64,000 bases of DNA from Ginglymostoma cirratum (GCA_024137785.1 JAHRHZ010000274.1:13419811-13483810), one strand, 5' to 3'. Positions 13,604 to 26,500 are shown, counted from the first letter of the stretch. The notes: generated by a model not told the origin, from the sequence alone. Made by a program: numbers and translations.

Positions 13604-14577
13604 CCATTTTATTGTCTAGTTCTTTATTGGAGGGCCATTGCTACCACTGTTAAGACTGTGATAAAGGCAATCAGAAAATTAAACATAAATTACCTTTGGG
13701 CTGCCACATTTTCCAGTAAAAATTAATACGGGCTACGGCATTGAAGATGGAGAACTTTCAAAACATTACAGATATGTGCAAAAAGAAAAACCCTTTTCGT
13801 GGATTCCCAAAGTGTAAGCAAAGCTTGCTAAAGTGAAATGTGCTATATTGTTGGATTTGTTCAAGCTTGTCATAGCTCTGTGTAAGACCAAAGTAACTAG
13901 TGTGATGTAAAGCAACAGTCTCTATTAACTACATTTATAACAATCTATTGCACTTAAATTGAATATCAAATAAATTCTATATCAATGCAAACTTTCATAG
14001 AAAAGATATTCAAGAAAGCAAATCTACTCAAAAGTTAGCAACATAGCTATTGCTCATTGAAGCTTCCTTTATCCAACAATTATTAGACTGCTACAACTGT
14101 GCCCTTTCCTCCATGATAAGATCAGTGATACAACTGGTTTCCATAGACCTCAACGTCCAGCTTCATTCACAACTCTTCTAATAATGTTGCAACACAAGTA
14201 AACCAACAGCAGCCTCTAGATAACATCCAGTTTTAGTCTGAAGATTATGCATGTTCATTTTTAAATAAGTTCAAAATAAAGGCAGCCACCGAAGAGAGTT
14301 GAGTGTTCCCTGTGATGCGTTGTATATGTTGGAGCATGTAAATGGGCATTTATGTAAAACAAAGCATATGGTATACCCATAGCCTGATGGGCCTAATACA
14401 GTTGCGATTTAAGGTGTGCGATTTATATATATATAATTTATTTTATTGTTTGGATTTTGAACTCGTGGCATATGGCTTTGGTCTGAGTCTATGAAGGAGT
14501 TTAATGATTAACTTGTAAGATTTTGGGATGATTAACTTTGGGTTGGTGACAATAATGCTGCACTATTCCAATTACTG

Positions 14578-15150
14578 AGTCATAGGAATGCGAGTAGGTC
14601 ATTTAGCCATGCATTGATAACATGATGTAGTTCCATATACTTATGTTTGTTCCATAATCCTTTAACATCTTTAATTAGCAGAATATTAGCAATCTCAGAT
14701 TTTAAACTAACAATCGACCCGGCATCAACTTTGGATTAAGGGAATTCCAAACTTCCATCATTATTAGCATCCAGGAGTATTCCCTGACTTCACTCCTGAA
14801 AGGCTATGTTGATGAGTTTCAGATTTCCAAAACAATAAAAATGGTTTATCTCTACCTTATTAACTCTAAGTAAAATCTTGGAAATGTTGATTAAATCACC
14901 TGTCTCAGTGATTCAAACTTCCTGGGCGTACAGTCTTAATTCATATAGTCCCTTCTTGTAATTTAACCTACAGAGCACAAGCACCTTTCTAGAAAATCTA
15001 TGTTGCACCCCTGCCAAGGTCAATATATTTTCTGTCATGTGAGATGCCGAAACTGCTTCCCGATCCAACCAGACTTTGTAGGGATGTATTATGACATCTA
15101 ACTCCTTATATTCTAGTCCGCTATAAAGACTGTCATTTAATTGCCACACA
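14578..15150 (-). mobile_element. Degenerate CR1 LINE 3' part
   Basis: Tail cataggaatgcgagtaggtcatttagcc; ORF 14913..15158 has YSGLEYK..LAGVQHRFSRKVLVLCRLNYKKGL, CR1 C-terminal-like. Confidence 0.75.
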
Positions 15151-18109
15151 GTTGCCATATAAACAGTTGTTTATAAGAGTAGAACAGAGGTCACAATGAA
15201 TGTCACTTCCCAACCCTACAGAGCCTCTCCTCTGTCTTCTCCTTGAGTCATGATAGAATATTATTGGTTCCCTGATGGTTATTGCAGCTGTTTACATCAA
15301 GTGACTCAATACCACCCAGGACAAAACATTTTACATTGATTAATAGTCCACCCAGTCCAGCACCAGTATGCCATAATTGCTGTATGTGCAACCTACAGAA
15401 TTCACCAGAGCGACTCATGTTACTTCAACTGCACCTCTGTCTCCTGGGAGGTCTTTCACTGGGAAGGAAAAAATCAGTAATGTCATGAAAACATCATTGC
15501 CTGATGATCACAGAAGATCCTGACTTGGACATATAAAACCACTTTTCAACATCACTGGGTCACTATCCTGGCATTTACTATTTAGTATTATTATGGAGCT
15601 AACATCACCAAAACAAGCTTACTATTTGAAATGAAAGGCTGACTTGCTCAGGATAACTAGAGATTTGAAATCAATGCAACATTGCTGCATTTCAGAACAA
15701 AAGAAAGAGTATTATTAATTTTGATATTTCTGTCAGAAAAGTTATAGAGGGGCATGTTTCTAAGTTTGGGAATGAGGTACATAATCAAAGCAATGGACAA
15801 CCTACAGGTAGCATAGTATTCTTTAAAATTTTTGTTGTAAAATTGGATGAAAATAGTACTCCATTCCCCAGCACTAGTGGTTTTCATGTCAACAGACATT
15901 AATAAATAAGGAAAAATGTCTTAAATGGGGCTTTTCACAGTAAAATGAATTATCTAATAAAACTCAAATCAAGCAAGAAGGTGCATTTTCTAAGGCTTCC
16001 AGACAGCTGTCATAATTTATGTTTAGATTTAAGTATATTTTGAAAAAATCCATTTTATATACAGACGATCAGGAAAACTCTGGTTCAGCAATCTGGATGA
16101 AAGAAAGGTGTATTTATAGTGTAGCTAATGGTACCAAATTGCTAGCTCCAGTATCAGCTCCAGACTGCCAATAGCTGGTCAACATTGTCGGGCTCCAATC
16201 GGATGTCACCCATTGAATAAGTTGTGCACATGCTTGCTTACAAACATGTATGGGTCTCCTCCTCTCGTTAAAATTTGAAGCACTCGGGTGAGGATAGCTG
16301 CACTTTCCCAGCTCCTAAAATAGGGTCTGTTTGCTTACACCAATGCATCAATGATGATTGCTGAGTCTGAATGTGCACTGCTGATTATTACCAACTGCAC
16401 ATACATACAATCTTAAACTGACAATTTTAAACAAAAAATTAAAATATAAGTTCTACTTTACTTAACAGTTTACTTTGATGACCTGATACAATTTTAATGA
16501 ACAAATATACCATTAATTGTTTGTTATATCATTTTGTCACTATATTTGTGAGTGATATTGTTGCTAATACGCCTTGTGTCAGCAAGCAATGTTTAAATTA
16601 ACTTTGAGTATGTAAAGGTAGTTCAAGGAACTCACAAAATACATTTTTAAATAAGGTGTGATAGCAAACTGGAACTACATTTAAAGTGGTGTCAAACTCA
16701 GGCTGCATGAAACTATTTCTTTCAAAGGTTGTAATAACTCATCTTTCTGGATATGGGTTAAGATCCTACTCAGGAGTTATACTACAATGCTAATAATGTT
16801 GGAAAATAGAAGCCATTTATCAATGATTCTAAAATTGTAGGACGTTTGTGTGGTAAGAGTTGTTTGATTTTTAACTTGTTAAGAAAAAGCAACATGTCAT
16901 AACAAACTGAATATTTCTTTTGCCACCATCCTCACCATTTCTGCAACCAAATGTCCATGTGACTGAGAAAACAGCTCCTGTTTCACATAGGATAAATTTA
17001 ACTGATAGTTTTGACATTGGTGGAATCAATTTCATCATTTTCCCTGTTGACATTTGAAGAATTTCTTATTGCTCAGTGGTGAAGTAAGATGAACTATCAT
17101 TCCAGAAGGAAAACATTAAAACTTACAAATGACGTGTCCTGCACTGACTAGTTTTGTATTCTAGAATGTTATTGACCAGCTTGAGATCAAATTCAGCGTT
17201 AAGTACTGTACTGGTAGGTTTCTTCCTGCTCATCGAGCCAGGGCCATCAGAGCCACTTTGGGCATTGGGCTGCAGGACTATATGGAGCGAAGTGTGATGA
17301 ATTCCAGTCCCCTCCCTGTTAAAATCTATCCACTTGAGTCTCATTAATTTTTTGAGCTAACTGATGCAGTATCAGGGATGGGCTATGTTGTATAAGGTAA
17401 GGGTTCTAAAGGGGTTAGTGCAGAAGACTGCATTAAACTTCACCTAATCTGATGATGTTGTAAGGATTTAGTTGACAAAATACAGAATAGCTCTGGATCT
17501 CATAGGAGACAGACTTACTGTTCAGGTCTCCTCATAATCTTTGTAATAATATCTACCAATGTAACTTGCATTTGATTGCTATCATGCTATTAACTACTGT
17601 TTGTTTAAGGCAAGAGCTTCTTCTCATTAGGCCACCTTATGGCTTTCCTCTATCAAGCTAGACAAAGCAGGCCATGTAGATTTTAACTGAAAAAGGACAT
17701 GAGGCAGAAAATTTACCTTAGGGTGACCAAGAGTCTGGCTAATTTTATAGAACATTTGGTGGTTGTCTGAAGAATTCGTTGAGCCACAGCATTGCAACAG
17801 TGGAGTGATGTAGATCTTCCTCGTTCAGGTGTCAGGTTAACAAACACCATCACAGAGATTTACTTCCATTCTGAAGTCACAGATTTTCCTCAGGCATTTC
17901 CACAGTGAAAGGTCCTACCCACAGCAGTTATAAAAAGCCAAACATGATGATTTTTTAGTGTCCAATACCACTGAGATACATCTTGTTTACTTAATCAAGG
18001 TTCCTCAATGAGACATTTCTGCCAGGAATTAGCTCATTATGAAGATGAATCTGCCTCCAAATTGTTTAACAAAAATGATATAGGTTAAAGCCTCATTGTA
18101 CCTATTGCC

Positions 18110-18315
18110 GCCTGACTGGCCACAATCCATTAAGAGCCATAAACATCTTTCTTCATTGGAGGAGACTGGGGTCATCTTGTTTGAAAGACACCAATCCATA
18201 TTAAGCATGGAGCAAGGCAAGAAGGCAAGCATCCATGAGCTACCACAGCTGGCATTGAGCCCATGCTATTGTTATCTTTCTGCGCAACACTCCAGGCATC
18301 AATGTTAACCCACCC
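18110..18315 (-). mobile_element. tRNA-headed SINE, same family as 43570-43770
   Basis: Minus strand ..gcatgggctcaatgcc..gccttcttgccttgctcc..ccagtctcctccaatgaagaaagatgtttatggctc resembles the 43570-43770 copy. Confidence 0.55.
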
Positions 18316-18559
18316 TCTCATTGTCTGTCGCTACCACAATTTTAACTTGTAGTTTCTCCTGATTCCCACAAATGGACTGTTTCTTCAATTTCATACTTAG
18401 GAATTTTGACTGATAAAGCAGAATGGTTTAGACCCATGCCCCATGCACCTAACGTGGGATTCGGCTATCATTGAAGAGAGGTGAGAAAAATCAAAGACTC
18501 CTTCTTACCTCAAAGTTACTAAATTGAATATTGTTGTAAGTTAGATTCTGAGAATAGGA

Positions 18560-18785
18560 CAGGGGAACAACACAGAGAATGCTTGAGAAGTTCAGCAGCC
18601 CGAGAAGCATCTGTGGAGAGAGAAACAGAGTTAACATTTTGAATCCAGTATGACTCCTTGTCAGTCTTATGGACTCGAAATGTTAACTCTGTTTGTCTCT
18701 CCACAGATGCTGTCAGACCTACAGAGTTCCTCCAGCATCCTCTTAGTTTGCTTCAGATTTGCATCATCCACAATATCTTGCTTTT
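18560..18785. mobile_element. Penelope-derived fold-back (hairpin) element, older subfamily
   Basis: gcatctgtggagagagaaacagagttaacattt (left) pairs with aaatgttaactctgtttgtctctccacagatgc (right). Degenerate flanking duplication taggacagggga / caggacaaaggga. Confidence 0.8.
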
Positions 18786-18794
18786 ACAGGACAA

Positions 18795-19060
18795 AGGGAG
18801 GCAAGTTCAAACTAATAAGTGATATCAGAAGGTTTTCCCTCATCTAAAACAATTGACGCTTGGTCTGGACTTCTGGGGAAAATGGTCAAAGTGAAAAACC
18901 TGAATGCATTTAAGGAAAATTTAGATGTTACATTGGTAGAACTGTATGAGATAGCTGAACTGCTACATACTGAATATTTAATGTAGGTCAGCCGTGATCT
19001 AATTGAATGGTGACATAGGGCCATAGATCAGATTGGCCTATTCCTGTTCCTAATGTTCTG
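18795..19060 (+). mobile_element. Degenerate CR1 3' end
   Basis: ggacaaagggaggcaagttcaaacta..gcatttaaggaaaatttagatg..gattggcctattcctgttcctaatgttctg. Confidence 0.7.
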
Positions 19061-19254
19061 ATACTTTTCTTACCTGTAATTACATTGTAACAGTATTCTG
19101 ACTACAATTGCAAATCAGGAGCCTTTAGTTCTTAACATGTTTGAAGAACTACGTATAACCTTTATTGTATAAGTGAATAGTTCGGAAAGACATGTTAAAG
19201 TTGCATGACACTTCATACAGTTTTTGGATGAAGAATCAGGCAATTTTGCACAAG

Positions 19255-19400
19255 CAACAGACAAAACCAAAAATTGCTGGAGAAACTCAGCAGGTCTGGC
19301 CACGTCTGTGGAGAGAAAACACTATTAATGTTTCAAGTTCAGTGACCCTCCTTCAGAACTGTTTCAGATCTCTAGCATCTGCAATTCTTTGTTTTAGTTT
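19255..19400. mobile_element. Penelope-derived terminal-repeat element
   Basis: aaattgctggagaaactcagcaggtctggc..gtgaccctccttcagaact followed by inverted tail cagatctctagcatctgcaattctttg. Flanks ttttgcacaa / ttttgtacaa. Confidence 0.75.
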
Positions 19401-21371
19401 AGTTTTGTACAAATCCTGAGGAGGTCAGAATTGATGTTCCTGGCTCCAGACGTCTTAGGTAATTATGTCTAATTAGTCAATGTAACTTGTCCTTACCGAT
19501 ATTCTGCAATCAACAATGTAATGCAAGTGCATCTTCTTGATAAGACTCACCAGATGTCTATTGTCTAGCATCGATAGTTAAACAATCCTTTAGATTTAGC
19601 ATTGAAAGGAGGATTGGTGACTGCACTCTGCCCTAACTGCCCTAACCCCAACAAGACAGTCGTCTTAGTATCATCTGACAACTACCTTCGAGGTTCATGC
19701 TCGAAATCATGCGCTTGAAAGTAGTAGGAGTGGACGTCAGATTAAGTATTATTTTTAGTTCTGATACTTTTTGTTGGGATCATACTTATGCACATAGAGA
19801 AGGTACAGCAAGAAAAACAGGACGTGGTGGCAAAATGCAGTGTTCGTTATTTGCTGAACTCAGCTAACATCGCTGTCAATCTCAGTTCTACCACTTGAAT
19901 TGTTAAGGGATATGGGTGTGGTGAACAATGCAGTTAGAAGGTCAAAAATCCTGATCAGATTGAATCAGTTACATTGTGACCCAATGTTGCTGCAAGAAGC
20001 TTTCCTAGCAACTATTAAGGATACTCTGTAGCATGGATAGATGAAACAAATCCTACACTCGCGTAGTGTGCCTGTGAGTAGAGAAGTCAGAATACTGTTC
20101 CCATTGCACTTTAACATCTGGAACTGGAAGCAGCTTCTCTTGGTGAAAACAATAGAGAAATCTACAAAAAGAGTTGCACCAGTTGGAAATATTCAACCTT
20201 TGAATTGAAGAACATAAGTTAATCTTTTAGGCACTTCTTTAGAAGATGCTCTGGCAAAAGGGCTCCACCTGAAGCATTCGTCTATCTTTTCTCTGATACA
20301 GATTTCCATGTTGTTTCTTCCAGCTCCTCTCTTTACTTAAATCTGTGAAGAAAGTCTGATGTTTTTACATCGTGGATCTTCATTTAGCAACAATTGTGCA
20401 GGCAAACAAATGGAAAACAAATATTTCACAACAAAATATTGTAGAAGGTTCTACTAAATAAAAATACAGGACAAACTACAAGTAGGATGTTGCAGCGGAA
20501 TTGCAATATATTTGTAATCAGGCTGCATAATGACTTCTATTTTTCTGATTTTTTTATAGCTATGACAAACCTAGACAGCAGAAGCAATTAGAAAATACTA
20601 TCTACGCTTAAAAGGATTTTAAAAAATGTTTCTTGATCTGTTTTAGAATTATATGAAAACCTTTGGAAATTGGTGTTAGCACATGACTATAGGGTGTGTT
20701 GGGCACAGGGTATTACACATAATCCCAGATTTCTGCCACATCAGAGAGCACAATGCATCTCAGTACAGAAGCCCCCATTCTGTTTAACAACAAAGCACAT
20801 GCCTCACTTCACAGACCCAAGTTCTGGTCCATTTTCTTTCAGCTTCAGTCTCTCAATAATGAGACTGCCCTGTAATTTGTGCAAATAGTATAATTGGAGA
20901 CCTTTGACTCTTTTCTATGGACACACTCCTTTTATCTGCTTTATATCAGTAATTGCCTAATTAAATGTTTCCTTCTTGTGAACAGATCTGTTTTATGTTG
21001 TAGTCATATTTAATAACAGGTATGTCAAATGAAAATTAGAGATAGGCTCAAGTGAAAATAAATGGAGGATTTTATTGTCTGTATATAATACAAGGGAAGA
21101 AGTGCCTTACGCTCAATCGTTCAGAGATTATTACAGAATTTCCAGTTTTGTTTTGCAATACTGTGTAAGAAATGTACAAGGAATTGGAATGCTAACTTCT
21201 GTGTTTCTCCATTTAATCATAGGATACATGCCAGATTGCATTCTTAACTTTATTTGAAGAATAACATTGCAAAAGTAAACTTGATTTATATGGCCATAGG
21301 GACATTAACAAATTGAGACTGTTTTTATGCAGATATATAAATAAAAGCACCGAGGCAAAATAATTGTATCA

Positions 21372-21465
21372 GAGATAAAAGGTACTGCAGATGCTGGAGA
21401 ATCCGAGATAACAAGCATGGGGCTGGATGAACACAGCAGGTCAAGCAGCATCATAGGAGCAGGAA
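21372..21465 (-). mobile_element. Young Penelope-derived fragment truncated before the ribozyme core
   Basis: gagataaaaggtactgcagatgctggagaatccgagataacaagcatggggctggatgaacacagc..; 60 bp identical to 13497-13556. Confidence 0.85.
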
Positions 21466-22319
21466 TTCATATTAGATTCCTCTGTCTGCCTTTTTCAGGC
21501 AGACACTGTTTTAAGTAGATTATCATCACAATTAAAATTGGTCTGTATAATCATAAGTGTTCATTTGCCGTGAAGTATTACCAGTTGATAACAAAAACTT
21601 GGGTTGTTGACAGAGAATTCAGTGGTGACTGTGGTCTAGTGCTAAATCATTTAGTTTTCCACCATAGATGTTTTTGCTTTGTTGGCAATAAGGAATATCA
21701 TATTGAAAATATAATGCTGCCTGTATTTTGATATTTTATGATCTCAACAAGGTATAGAGCTAATGATACCAGCAAATCTGAATTTTACACGCAGAAGTAA
21801 ACATCAAGCATTATGTATGACCTATTCCACTGGCCTAATTTTTATCATCTTTCCCTACTTGCCTATAATTTTGTTTTTACTTTCCAATGATACATTCACT
21901 TCACCTTTGAAAGCTATTTGGATGATACCTCCACCACCATCATTCATGATAAGACCTTCTATGTCATAAAAAAAATCTGTACAAAGAAAATTCTCCTAAC
22001 CCCTCTCCTCTTTCTTAATTTCACATTTATTCTCTCTGGTTACAAACTCACCGATGAGTGTGATCAGTTACTTTTCCCTGAAGAACGAGAAGGGTTATTA
22101 TTTCTGATAAGATATTCTTTAAGTTTAAATGAACACGTTGTGAAACTGCAGAACCACAGTTCTGCTTCAGTGAGAACACATCAGCTGGAACACACTTTAG
22201 GAAAAAAATGAAAGTAAAATGTCTTGTCTTTAAATTCAAAATGATAGAAATTGTGTTCAGGATTGGTAATTCTCTTTATTCTTCCTCATACTGTTGTCTG
22301 TGTGTATGAAACAGCCAAG

Positions 22320-22535
22320 GCACAGTTTGAGTCCTGGATTTAAGTCCTATTCCAGTGACTTGAGCACAAAATCTAGCAATGCTGAGAGAGTGCTGCACAG
22401 TTGGAAGTGCTATTTTTCAAGTGATATGTTAAACCTGAGGTCACGTCTGTCTTCTAAAGTTCACTAAAAATCTCATCAACTCACTTATGAAGAAAGGCAG
22501 CAGAGTGCCCAGTGTCTTGCTTAATATACATCCTT
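22320..22535 (+). mobile_element. Deu-domain SINE
   Basis: tgagagagtgctgcacagttggaagtgctatttttcaagtgatatgttaaacctgagg..gaagaaaggcagcagagtgcccagtgtcttgcttaatatacatccttcaactaacatcact. Confidence 0.75.
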
Positions 22536-23339
22536 CAACTAACATCACTTCAAAAAAATCATTTCAGCAAGTCATCACTGTTTACTGTGCATGACCTGAA
22601 TATTGAGTACTTAAAGAACTCATGCCTGATTTGGGATGGACTTGTGATCAGTTAATATATCACCATTAGCATCAGTTGTACAGAAAATCTCTCAAGCCAG
22701 TTATTTTAACATGTTTTTAAATAGACTTTGGGATAATAATGAAAGAGGAAACTAAGAAAATTGTTTCCAGGAATTAGAAAACAAAATCTCCGTGACAACT
22801 GATCCCCGTTTGCAGCCCTTAATGAAACTGAGCAATGGTTGTTTGCAGCTACTGTGTGTGGGCAAAGTTCAAGGTGCTCTTAAAGTCTCATAGTCCATTC
22901 TCCAAATTTGTTGTTTTGTCTGTATATGAATGATGATACAGTAGCTGAACTAGTAATGGTTACATGCATCTACTCAGAAATTGCATTTCGAAAAATTAAT
23001 CGCAAGAATTTTTATAGGCCAGCTTTCTAACTTTTCAGCTGGCTGTGTGCAATCTGAAAATTGGCTCTGATGTCTTTATAGAAAATATATTTTACAGTCT
23101 ATATCCTGTGCCAATAATGCCGAGAAGAAGCTCATTATACTCTTCTATGCCAACATTTCCTCCCTTCTCACACAGTTTTAGATGGAGCCAAAAAAATATG
23201 TTGTCTACTAAGTAAGTATTCACATACCACTTGACCTCCAACCATTCTTTCTCTGTTTTGACCTTAACTCTTGCTTTACTGTACTATATTGTTTGCTTAT
23301 TTCAATTTCTGTCCAACTTTGAAACGTGGTTGTTTCCTG

Positions 23340-23590
23340 CCTTATTTTGACTATTCACCCATCGCTTAAATTAACACAACTGGGGCACTTGAGAAGGTGC
23401 TGCACAAAATGTTAATATACAAGGTAAGAATAGTGGTAATTAGTGGTAATTTATTAGCTTAAATGGAGGATTGGCTAACAAACAGAAAGCAGAGAGCTGG
23501 GTTAAATGCATCTTTTACTGATTGGTAAGTTGCAACTTGTGGGGTGACACAGGGTTTGATCCTCGAGCCCCAACAATTTACAATTTAATC
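23340..23590 (+). mobile_element. CR1 RT fragment
   Basis: gaggattggctaacaaacagaaagcagagagctgggttaaatg (WLTNRKQR) and gtggggtgacacagggtttgatcctcgagcccc (GVPQGS-like). Confidence 0.8.
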
Positions 23591-26500
23591 AACAGTTTAT
23601 GCTGAACTAAACAGTCAGGATTTGGTCCACACTGCCAAGATAGTACTGACTTCTGGACCCTGCTTTATGGGTTACATATGCCTCTTCTAAGGCCAGTCCC
23701 TGTAACACCTTAGGTCAACTCAAAAGGCAATAGCATGCTACTGCCAACCATTGCCATAGATTATGTCATATGATTCCTTACCAAAATGACATTTGTGACA
23801 AATAGATTTTCGGGACCATTAAATAGCTCCATGGTCACTTTTACTGCCTTCAACTTTTATTAATTCGTTTTGAAAATGTTTTTAAAACAGAATTTAAATT
23901 TTCAAATTGACATGATGATATTCCTCAAAAGTAGTTTATAGACTTGGGGCCAGATTACATGGGGAGAAAGGAAGGAGCTTTAGCAAAGCATAGATGTGCC
24001 AGGGTCCACTGGAAAACCTCAGAGACCAGGCATAATAGAGAGAGGAAGTGAAATGTTGCCATTGTTCAGGTTATACAGACTGCATTATAAGGTATCAGTC
24101 TTCTGTCTGCACTTTTAGGATGCAAATACTGACAAGGGGAAGTGCTAGCAGGACAGGCACTTAATCTGAAAGTACCTGAGCCATCTGCTCAGTCATGTCC
24201 TGGCATAGCACTGGACAGTAATATACTGAACAAAATGAGACATACTGCTCTTCAGATAATGGAACTGGACCCAATCAGGAAAAAAAAGGAGAGGAATTAA
24301 CCTAGATTTCTGGACGCAGCATCATTTAATTCAACTGACATACAGAATAGCTGGTGGGCAAGCTTCCAAATCTGACCAAGCACTGGGTTATGTTGGCAGT
24401 TGGAGGGATACATATTGGAAACAATGTGTATGTCCATGTTATGATTTCAGCTGACAGCAATACTGGACAAGTCACATGCCAAAGTGAAATCTTGTTTGAT
24501 GGGTTAGTTTTTTTTTCTTTTTTGGAGTTTGGCTTCTGTCATATTGAAACACGGAACATATTCACAAGAGATTGTCAATCTACTTGTAACAAAAGAACAT
24601 CAATGCTTGTTACGTAAAAGCAGAAAAACACAAATTATTTCACCTGATACAACAATTAATTGAAACAATTTTTATTACAAATATCAGAAACAACGATTCA
24701 ACCCTTTTACCTTCATCAACATCCTTATAGATACTTAAAGCTTAGTGAAGAATTCACAGTTTCCACTTTAATGTTCCTTGTTCAATTGGTATAACTGTAC
24801 TTGGTTTTGTTCTGGTGAGTGTCTGCATTCACTTGATGATACATTCTCCTTTCGTTAATGTTTCTCCCTGAAGCCTTAAATGAATTGCTAACACTTATTT
24901 CTTAGATTCCTTAGATTCTTCCATAGCTATCTGATTTTGGAACTTTTGCTTACTGACATTAAACCACTCAGGATTTCTATTCAACTGAGCTGCTTTGGAG
25001 ACTGCTACGCCAAAAGCACTTTTGCTACCATAAACTGACTGAAACCTACACATTGCTCACTCACTAATCTTCTGGGTGATTCTCTTTTCAAATATGAAAG
25101 TGGTTCTGACTCTGTTTCCCTCTTGTGACAGAACACATTGATACTGACAGTAGATTCTTTTTTACCTCTTCTACTCTTGTTTTTATTGAAGCATTGACTA
25201 CCTCATTTTCTTTTAATAAAGAAAGCTCCTTTAAATGCATGTAAACACATTTCCATACACCCTGGTACAATTCACAGAACTCAGAAATGTAATTAAGTCC
25301 ATCCCTTCTTAACCAACATAATGTAGAAATACAAATCAAACTTAAACATGTACATAGTTCTGTCTATGTTAGAATCTAAGTTTCCAAATAATACTAATAC
25401 CAATTATAATATCATAATAACATATCAAGAAACTTCATCACAGCCCCCATGCACATCAGACGCTTTTCTTCATTACTCAGCAGATCTCTTTGGGGTCAAT
25501 GCTGGAAGCAACAATATTAGCAGAATCATGACCCATGAATTTTGGGGACCTTGAATAGAAGTTGTCAACTCCTCCAATCCAGTTTTCCTCTGACCTTTGC
25601 CGCAATCCCCTTACAATTTCTTTGAAAGAAAGAGCGAAAAAATGTTCAGATCCATTTTATTAACTGTTAAGTAAGCATTTTCCAAATGTCATCAACATTA
25701 ATTTTTGATAATAGTTCTGGGTCTCACAGTAAGTGTCAGTTGGGGACCGCATGGATTTAAGTTCACATGTGTAAAGTTGAACATAATCCAAGCAGGAATT
25801 GGTTTTAACTAGATAATGTCACTGATAAACCATGAGGATAAATGGTGCAGGAAAGGGGTGCATTCAACTACTGGGGATGATTTTCTAGGGTTTGATCAAT
25901 TGCCTTGTTATATCCTTGTTATGTCTAATATTGCTTAGGATTGCCTGATTTGGTCAGTTATTGTCTTTCTTAGTATTAACATTTCTCAGTTTGTCGAGTC
26001 CAAGACTCAATCACACCACAGAAGAACAGACACATGTGTTAAGGCTGTACATAAAGTAGTTAACCTAGCAACAGTGTACTAATCATTCTGCCAACTGGTA
26101 CTAAATTAGTAGAAGTTTTAAAGCAACTAAATTTTCATTTTGCTAAAGATTGAGATCCTTTCTCCTCTTTTGATAAGTGCAGATACAATTTTTTAACCTA
26201 AACTGGTCTGAAAAAAAATAATATAAAATTTGTGCATTCTATTATCTGTGCATTCTACAGATGACAGAAGTTAACACGTCAAAATAATATAAAAGCAAGG
26301 ATATTAATATTTACAATAATAGCGTGTGGACCTCTCACTATATGCTGTTTCTCTAATCACAGAAATTTATCTATTTAGAACGAAAATCTTTGTGAAAATG
26401 ACAGAAGGATTTTGAACAAAAGCATGAATATCATAAGTCAATGTGGTAAATAAGAACTTGGTAATTGTTCAAGGACCAATTGTTCAGAGAGAGAGATATT

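Larger units (their letters stand above)
12900..14596. repeat. Long inverted-repeat unit: arms 12900-13220 and 14264-14596, spacer ~1.04 kb
   Basis: tactcgcattcctatgactcagtaattggaatagtgcagcattattgtca.. (12900) is the reverse complement of ..tgacaataatgctgcactattccaattactgagtcataggaatgcgagta (14596). Hand alignment continues ~320 bp to gcctttattttgaa. Confidence 0.95.

Noticed and set aside
23430-26260. Short tandem duplications (tagtggtaat x2, cttagattc x2, tgtgcattcta x2)
   Set aside because: Ordinary slippage products.
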